NCBI GenBank assembly: GCA_963806225.1
Contig: CAWDXG010000004.1
Coordinates: 128,001 to 192,000, forward strand
Origin: an uncultured delta proteobacterium
GTDB taxonomy: Bacteria; Myxococcota_A; Polyangia; Polyangiales; Polyangiaceae
Direction: 5' to 3'
Length of the DNA stretch: 64,000 nucleotides
The notes beneath the pieces were generated by a model. It was given only the letters and a program-made list of their open reading frames with translations, did no database searches and was not told where the DNA came from. Positions within the stretch are counted from its first letter, which is position 1. Every line of letters starts with the position of its first letter. Of the stretch, positions 57,642-64,000 are shown in pieces. A program made the translations under genes and the position numbers.

Positions 57642-57695
57642 ACCCACTGCTTGACGTGGCCTCGAGCGTCGGCGAGCTTCGCGCCGGTGCTGGCG

Positions 57696-59690
57696 ATGAC
57701 CGGGCCCTGTTCCAAGCTGCGATTGTCGCTTGCCTGGTGCATCGTGGTCGTCGGCACGCTCGTGGGCCGCACTGCGCGCGCGCAGGAAGGCAGCTGCGGT
57801 CCCGCTGCGCGCGCCTGGGCCAGGCACTGCGCGGCGGCCCAGCAGATGACGGTGACGCCGGTGTATTGCGTCGGCGAGCGCGCAACCTTCAGGCTCGAGA
57901 CGCCCGGCGCACAGGCCCTGCGGGTCGAGCTCTCGCGCCGCAAAACCGGTCCCGCCCGGGCCGTTCCGGTCGGCGATTTTCCGGACTGGGAGCGGGTGCC
58001 CCGCGCGCGCCGCGCGCTGCTGGACAAGGTCCGCGCCTGCGTTGCGGCGGGCATCGACGCGGCCGTGTTCAAGCCCGGAAAACGCACAGCCGGTGGCGGA
58101 GCCAATCTCCACCGGCGCGGGCCGCTGCCTCCGCCCGGCCTGCCGTGGCGCGCGCTTGCCGCGGCGCTCCTGGCTGCTGGCGCGCTGCTGCTCTCCGGAC
58201 ACCGAGTGCGCCGGCGTCGGTTCCTGGCGCTGACAGCGGCGGCCTGCGCGCTCGGCGCGGCCACGTTCTTCTTCCGGCGCGCGCTGTTTCCGCCGGCGTT
58301 CTTCCACCAGAACGGCCAGGGCCCGGACTGGATCAAATACGCCCTCGGCGTGCCTTCGATCTATGGACCGGGCTTCTTCCAGCTTTTCGGTCTGGCCGCC
58401 CACGTGCACCCGGGCCGTGCCGAGCGCGCGGTCTTCCTGGAAGCCGGCCTGCTCGCCGCGGCCGAGCCGGTGTGCGTTCTGTTGATCGCGCGCGCCAGCC
58501 GCGCCCGGCCGCTGCTCGCGTGGACGCTGGCCTTCGCCGCGCTGGCCGCGCCGGACCTCGCGCGTCTTGCCGACAGCGAATCGTACTTCGGCGTGTGCAC
58601 GGCACTGCTGCTGTTGGCCGGAGCCGTCCTCGCCAGCGGCGCCCGGGCCGGGCGGGTGCGCTCGTGGTCCTTTACGCTGGCGGTCGCCTCGGCGGGTCTC
58701 TTCATCGCGCAGGCCGCGCTGGTGCACGCCGTGTGCTGGATTCCGGCTCTGTTGGTACCGCTGGTCGTGCTCACCGGCCGGGGCTCGCTCCGGCGCCGCG
58801 GGCGGTTGCTGGTCGCCGCTGCTTCCGGCATTGCGCTCGTGGTCGCGAGCACTACAGGCGCGACCCTCTACCGCCAGGCGCGCATCCAGGCGCGCTGGGG
58901 CGGCGGCGCGGAACGCGCCGTCCTCGAGGTGTTGTCGGACCACGGAATGGTGCTGGGCTTGGCGTTGGTGATCGCCATCTTGATCTGGAGGCGCGGTCGC
59001 CCGCGTCGAGCCGCGATCTGGGTGGTCCTGCTTCCACTCGTCGCAGCTGCCGGGCTGATCGTCGGGCTGACCCTGGGTTCGGGGCTGCCCATCTGGATCC
59101 GCCACGGCTGGTGGGCACTGGAGCTCCCCGCGGGCGTGGCGCTGGTTTCCGCTCTGCTCGGCAGCCTGGGCGGCATCGTGCGCCGGAGGCACGTCCACCA
59201 GCTGGTCGCCGCCGCGACGGCGTTGACCTCGACCGCGTGGTTCGCGTCGAGCTGGCGCGCGCTCCACGAGCTCCCGACCGACGCGCTGGAGGCGCGCTTC
59301 GTCACGAGCTGGCGCGGCACGATGCCGCAGGGGTCGAGCGTCGCCTACCTCCAGCGCGCGGACAAGAGCATCGCCACGATGCCGGTCTATGGCTGCTGTG
59401 ACCGGCGGGACATCGTCGTCCACGAGCTGTCGAGCCGCAGCGACGAGACCCCGCTGGTTCTCCGGCGCTACGCCGCTCTCGTGCGCGGGGATCGCCCCGT
59501 GTACTACTTCCGCTCGTCGCTCTGCAGCACGCCAGCCGGCTCGAGCGCCTGTGCCGCCATCGAGCGGCGCCTCCAGCTCGAGCCTGTCGCGCACACCTGG
59601 CTCCCGGCCCGGCCGAGCGTCCCGTGGACCCACTACGACGGTCCCCGCGTGGAAGTCGGCCTGTTCCGGGTCCGCGATGTCCACCTCTAG
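57696..59690 (+). CDS. polytopic membrane protein of unknown function (possibly GT-C-fold-like)
   Basis: About ten hydrophobic segments between Cys-containing N- and C-terminal soluble domains; start uncertain (57651-57696). Confidence 0.65.
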   Translation: MTGPCSKLRLSLAWCIVVVGTLVGRTARAQEGSCGPAARAWARHCAAAQQMTVTPVYCVGERATFRLETPGAQALRVELSRRKTGPARAVPVGDFPDWERVPRARRALLDKVRACVAAGIDAAVFKPGKRTAGGGANLHRRGPLPPPGLPWRALAAALLAAGALLLSGHRVRRRRFLALTAAACALGAATFFFRRALFPPAFFHQNGQGPDWIKYALGVPSIYGPGFFQLFGLAAHVHPGRAERAVFLEAGLLAAAEPVCVLLIARASRARPLLAWTLAFAALAAPDLARLADSESYFGVCTALLLLAGAVLASGARAGRVRSWSFTLAVASAGLFIAQAALVHAVCWIPALLVPLVVLTGRGSLRRRGRLLVAAASGIALVVASTTGATLYRQARIQARWGGGAERAVLEVLSDHGMVLGLALVIAILIWRRGRPRRAAIWVVLLPLVAAAGLIVGLTLGSGLPIWIRHGWWALELPAGVALVSALLGSLGGIVRRRHVHQLVAAATALTSTAWFASSWRALHELPTDALEARFVTSWRGTMPQGSSVAYLQRADKSIATMPVYGCCDRRDIVVHELSSRSDETPLVLRRYAALVRGDRPVYYFRSSLCSTPAGSSACAAIERRLQLEPVAHTWLPARPSVPWTHYDGPRVEVGLFRVRDVHL

Positions 59691-59786
59691 CCCCGGGTTG
59701 TCGAAAGTAGCTGGTGCAACAGCCGGCGCCGGGCCATGTTCCCGGTGGGTGCGGCGGGGGGCCGTACCGAGTGTGAGGGCATCACC

Positions 59787-61961
59787 ATGAAGCGACGCAC
59801 ATTCCTCGAGGTCACGGTGGCCGTGGCCGGCACGCTGGTTTTCACACCGGCTTGCGGCAGCAGCAACGAACCGGGCGGAAAGACCCCGGACCAGGGCGAC
59901 CCGCTCTTCCCGCAATCACTCGCCTCGGGCGATCCGCGACAGACCAGCGTTGTCCTGTGGACGCGCGTGGAGGATCCGGATCACCTGAAGGACGATCTGA
60001 CGCTGACGCTCGAGGTTGCCACGGATAGCGGCTTCAAGAGCCGCGTCCAGCTCGACGGTAAAGCCGACAAGCAGGTCACTGCCGTCGCCGCATCCGACCA
60101 CTGCGTCAAGGTGCGGGTGACCCAGCTCGAGCCCGGCAAGCAGTACTACTACCGCTTCAGCTACGACAAGGACGGCAAGACGCACACCACGCGTGTCGGA
60201 CGAACGCGTACCGCACCGGCACCCGACGCCAACGTCCCCGTGAAGTTCGCGGTCGTCTCGTGCCAGGACTACGTCGGCAAGTACTACCACGTGTACCGGC
60301 GCATCGCGGAGGAGGACCTCGACTTCATCGTGCACCTCGGCGACTACATCTACGAAACCACGGGCGATCCGAGCTTCCAGAACGTCGGCAGCGATCGCAA
60401 GGTCACGTTTTCGGATACCGCTGGCGCGATCCAGCTCGGCGATCCCCCCAACACGTACCTGGCCGCGCAATCGCTCTCGAACTACCGCGAGCTCTACCGC
60501 ACGTACCGGAGCGATCCCGATCAGCAGCTGGTGCACGAGCAGATGCCGATGATCGTGATGTGGGACGATCACGAGTTCTCGGACGACTGCCACGGCGACG
60601 TGGCGACCTATTTCGACGGGGAGAAGGACGAGACCGAGCCCAAGCGCCGCGCCAACGCCGACCAGGCGTGGTTCGAATACATGCCGGTCGACTACGACTA
60701 CCAGGGCCACCAGGACTACCCGTACGACCCGTCGAAGAGCTTTCCCGACAGCTTCCGCATCTACCGCGACTTCACCTTCGGCAAACACGTGCACCTGGTC
60801 ATGACGGACCTGAGGCGCTACCGCTCCGACCACCTGATCCCGGAGGACGCGTTCCCCGGCGCGGTGGCGATGGCGCAAGCGGACCTGCCCAGCCCCATGC
60901 CGTCGATCGCCGAGCCGTACGTGGACATCGACGCCCACGACGGCGGCAGCTACGCCACACTGCTCAAGCAGCACGCTACGGCACTCGGCATGCCCGCGTC
61001 GGGCTTTACCGGCAACATCTCGGTGCCCTGGATCAACGCGCTGGTCGACCAGATCAACAAGGCGAACGGTACGAGCACCGCGCCCATCGACGACACCGAT
61101 CCCACGCTGGAGAAGGGCATCGCCTTCTACCAGATGATGAAGGTGGCACCGTACTCGTCCATCGGCTCCCGCTACCTGGTGAAGAAGCCGGCGTTCGACC
61201 TCTATGCGGCCTTCCGCTTCAAGCAGTCGAGCGGCCAGAGCGAAGTCGGCATGGGCGACGAGCAGCGCCAGTGGTTCCTGTCCACCGTACAGGGCTCGCA
61301 GGCAACCTGGAAGGTGTGGGGCAACGAGTACACGTTCATGCCGCGCGTGATCGACCTGCGGACCGCCACGCAGCTGGGCGCATCGTTCCAGGCGCTGTTC
61401 AACCTCTCCGCCGAGGACTGGGACGGCATGCCGAACCGCCGCGAGCAGCTGCTGGAACAGCTCGCGCAGGTGCAGAATTTCGTCGCAGTCACGGGCGACA
61501 TCCACTCCTTCTTCGCCGGCAGCCCGTACGTGGCCGGCGACATGTCCAAGCGCATCGTCGAGTTCGTCGCCGGCAGCATCTCGTCCTCGACGTACAGGAC
61601 GCTATTGCAACGGCAGGCGGCCAGCACGCCCGCGCTGGTCGAAGCCGGCGCAGCCGACCTGGCGGCGGTCGTCGACAAGTTCCTGACGGATTCGACGGCG
61701 AAGCCGAACCCGCACCTGGCGTGGCTCGACCTCGCCGACAACGGCTATGCCAGCGTCGTGGCGGACGGCAAGACGTTCTCGGTCACCTTCCGCTCGATCC
61801 CCGAAGCGACCGTGGAGACCGCACCCGGCAAGCTCTCCGGAACGCTGGACTCCCAGTTCACCGACACGGAGTTCAAGGTCGATTCCGGCAACCCCACCGT
61901 CCAGCAGAAGCGCGACGGCAAGTGGCAGAGCTGGGACCCGGCGAAGTTCGCGTGGGTGTGA
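59787..61961 (+). CDS. phoD: alkaline phosphatase D family protein, Tat-exported (possibly lipoprotein)
   Basis: MKRRTFL Tat motif, [42 protein letters not shown]. Confidence 0.9.
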   Translation: MKRRTFLEVTVAVAGTLVFTPACGSSNEPGGKTPDQGDPLFPQSLASGDPRQTSVVLWTRVEDPDHLKDDLTLTLEVATDSGFKSRVQLDGKADKQVTAVAASDHCVKVRVTQLEPGKQYYYRFSYDKDGKTHTTRVGRTRTAPAPDANVPVKFAVVSCQDYVGKYYHVYRRIAEEDLDFIVHLGDYIYETTGDPSFQNVGSDRKVTFSDTAGAIQLGDPPNTYLAAQSLSNYRELYRTYRSDPDQQLVHEQMPMIVMWDDHEFSDDCHGDVATYFDGEKDETEPKRRANADQAWFEYMPVDYDYQGHQDYPYDPSKSFPDSFRIYRDFTFGKHVHLVMTDLRRYRSDHLIPEDAFPGAVAMAQADLPSPMPSIAEPYVDIDAHDGGSYATLLKQHATALGMPASGFTGNISVPWINALVDQINKANGTSTAPIDDTDPTLEKGIAFYQMMKVAPYSSIGSRYLVKKPAFDLYAAFRFKQSSGQSEVGMGDEQRQWFLSTVQGSQATWKVWGNEYTFMPRVIDLRTATQLGASFQALFNLSAEDWDGMPNRREQLLEQLAQVQNFVAVTGDIHSFFAGSPYVAGDMSKRIVEFVAGSISSSTYRTLLQRQAASTPALVEAGAADLAAVVDKFLTDSTAKPNPHLAWLDLADNGYASVVADGKTFSVTFRSIPEATVETAPGKLSGTLDSQFTDTEFKVDSGNPTVQQKRDGKWQSWDPAKFAWV

Positions 61962-61989
61962 CGCCGGGCGCCGGGCTCCAGGCTCCGGG
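61962..61989. repeat. short heptamer tandem array after phoD stop
   Basis: cgccggg cgccggg ctccagg ctccggg. Confidence 0.5.
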
Positions 61990-62085
61990 GTCGAAGCTGC
62001 GGACTGCTGACAGCCTTGTGTCAGGAATCGCGGGGGGCGGGCGGTGGCCGATACGAGACTGCGGGCTATGCTCTGCCATCCTCCG

Positions 62086-64000
62086 ATGGAGCTCGACCAC
62101 ATCCTGATCAAGGGCGCCCGCGAGCACAACCTGCAGGGCATCGACGTCAAGATCCCGAAGAAGAAGCTCGTGGTGCTCACGGGCGTGTCCGGCTCGGGCA
62201 AGTCATCGCTGGCCTTCGACACGCTCTACGCCGAGGGACAGCGCCGCTACGTGGAGTCGCTCAGCGCCTACGCGCGGCAGTTCCTCGGACGCATGGAGAA
62301 GCCGCGCTACGACACCATCCGCGGCCTGTCGCCCACCATCTCTATCGAGCAGAAGACCACCGGCACCAACCCGCGCTCCACCGTCGGCACCATCACCGAG
62401 ATCGCCGACTACCTGCGCGTGCTGTACGCCCGCATCGGCGTGCAGCACTGCCACCGCTGCGGTCGGCGCGTGCAGGGGCAGACCGCCCAGCAGATCGCCC
62501 GCGAGCTCCTGTCGGCTCCGGCTGGGACGCGGCTCGTGCTGCTGGCGCCGCTGCTGGTCAATCGCAAAGGCGAGCACCGCGAGCTGCTGGAAGAAGCGCG
62601 GCGCGAGGGCTTCGTGCGGCTGCGCGTCGACGGCAAGGTCGTCGAAAGCGCAGGACTGGAGGCGCTCGACAAGCGCAAGAAGCACCACGTCGAGGCCGTC
62701 GTCGACCGCGTGGTGGTCAAGAAGGGCCAGCTCGGACGGGTCACCGAGTCGGTGGAGACAGCCCTGCGCGTCGGCGGCGGTGAGCTGATCGCGAGCGTGG
62801 AGGGAAAGCCCGATCGGCGCTTCTCCGAGAAGATGGCCTGCCCCGACTGCGGGATCTCCTTTCCGGAGCTTTCACCCGCCGGCTTCTCGTTCAACAGCCC
62901 GCAGGGCATGTGCCCCGCCTGCAACGGCCTGGGCAACCGCGTGGAGATCGATCCGGCGCGCGTGGTGCCCGACCCGACGCTCAGCCTCGACGGTGGCGCG
63001 GTCGCACCCTGGGGGACGGACGTGTCGAGGAAGAAGGGCTGGTCGCACGGCTTCCGCGGCCAGATCGTCGCCCACCTGGGCATCGACGCGAAGAAGCCCT
63101 TCGGGAAGCTGCCGAAGAAGCAGCGCGACGCTCTGCTGCACGGCCTGCCGGGCAGGACGTTCAAGGTGCGCTGGAGCGGCAAGAGCGGCAAAGGGCACTT
63201 CGACGTGGAGTGGGAGGGGCTCCTGCCGCGGCTGATGCGCCGCTTCCAGCAGACCAGCTCCGATCGCGCCAAGCGCTGGTACGCCCGGTTCATGGGCGAC
63301 GCGCGCTGCTCGGCGTGCGACGGCAAGCGCCTTCGGCCCGAGAGCGCGGCGGTACAGGTGGGCGGGCAGAGCATCGTGGACTTGACTGCACTGACGGTGG
63401 AGGACGCGCGGCGCTTCTTCCACGAGCTGTCGCTCGAGGGCGAGGCCCGCGAGATCGCGCGCGAGGTGCTGAAGGAGATCAAGAGCCGGCTCGACTTCCT
63501 CGCGGCCGTGGGGCTCGGGTATCTCTCCCTCGATCGCCCCGGGCCGAGCCTGTCCGGCGGCGAGTCGCAGCGCATCCGCCTGGCGAGCCAGGTCGGCTCC
63601 GAGCTCACCGGCGTCATCTACATCCTCGACGAGCCATCCATCGGCCTGCACCAGCGCGACAACCGCCGCCTGCTCGACACGCTGGAGCGCATGCGCGACA
63701 TCGGCAACACGGTCGTGGTGGTCGAGCACGACGAGGACACCATCCGCACCGCCGACCACGTCATCGACTTCGGCCCGGGCGCGGGCGTGGCGGGCGGCCG
63801 CGTCGTACACGCCGGTACGCCGACCAGCATGGAGAAGAACAAGCGCTCGCTCACCGGGGCCTACCTGGCGGGGCGCGCAGCGCATCGACGTGCCCGTCCG
63901 GCGGCGCGAGCCGAGCGGCTGGCTCGTCGGTGCTGGGCGCCTCGGCGAACAACCTCTGCGACCTCGACGTGGCCTTCCCGCTCGGCGTGCTGACGGCGGT
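62086..64000 (+). CDS. uvrA: excinuclease ABC subunit A, 3'-truncated by window, frameshifts near 63875-63930
   Basis: [31 protein letters not shown], Zn fingers, [43 protein letters not shown] resumes in another frame. Confidence 0.95.

Noticed and set aside
57069..59915. Long antisense/alternate-frame ORFs (e.g. 948 aa here, 871 aa at 42225-44840, 672 aa at 53325-55343)
   Set aside because: Arg/Ala/Pro-rich shadow ORFs expected in very high-GC DNA; they overlap better-supported genes
62007..62024. CTGACA-N6-TGTCAG as a LexA box for uvrA
   Set aside because: Spacing is CTG-N12-CAG, not the CTG-N10-CAG geometry; kept only as an unexplained short palindrome
1..64000. Prophage, IS, integron or defence island
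   Set aside because: No transposase, integrase, phage structural or defence-type domains recognised; no obvious compositional break by eye

Overview
High-GC chromosomal segment, most consistent with a Myxococcota (Polyangiaceae-like) bacterium. This is inferred from the Cys-rich vWA/CAP lipoproteins, a 3482-aa TPR protein, an FHA-GGDEF protein and several sigma54-type promoters. The left half is a respiratory/quinone region. It contains a diverged MenA-like prenyltransferase and an 11-gene complex I-like operon (nuoABCDHIJKLMN) with no nuoEFG. On the same strand upstream lie a CcmH-like gene and an FprA-type ferredoxin-NADP+ reductase. Divergently transcribed is a DAHP synthase-menG-menF-menD-menH-menA-menC-menE operon (no menB) followed by a GMC oxidoreductase. 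The right half carries a ZIP transporter, HPF, a LysM-esterase pair, a small RING-like Cys/His protein, the giant TPR gene, a selenocysteine-encoding selD (in-frame UGA plus SECIS-like hairpin, truncated in the ORF track), di-heme cytochrome c peroxidase, PPK2, amtB, a methyltransferase, an HDCF-type thiolase and 3-hydroxyacyl-CoA dehydrogenase, FHA-GGDEF, gloA, a P-loop GTPase, a YgiQ radical SAM enzyme, PhoD and the 5' part of uvrA. Several single-base frameshifts in conserved genes look like long-read assembly errors. No rRNA, tRNA, CRISPR or mobile element was recognised. All functional calls are by eye from motifs; no database search was run.
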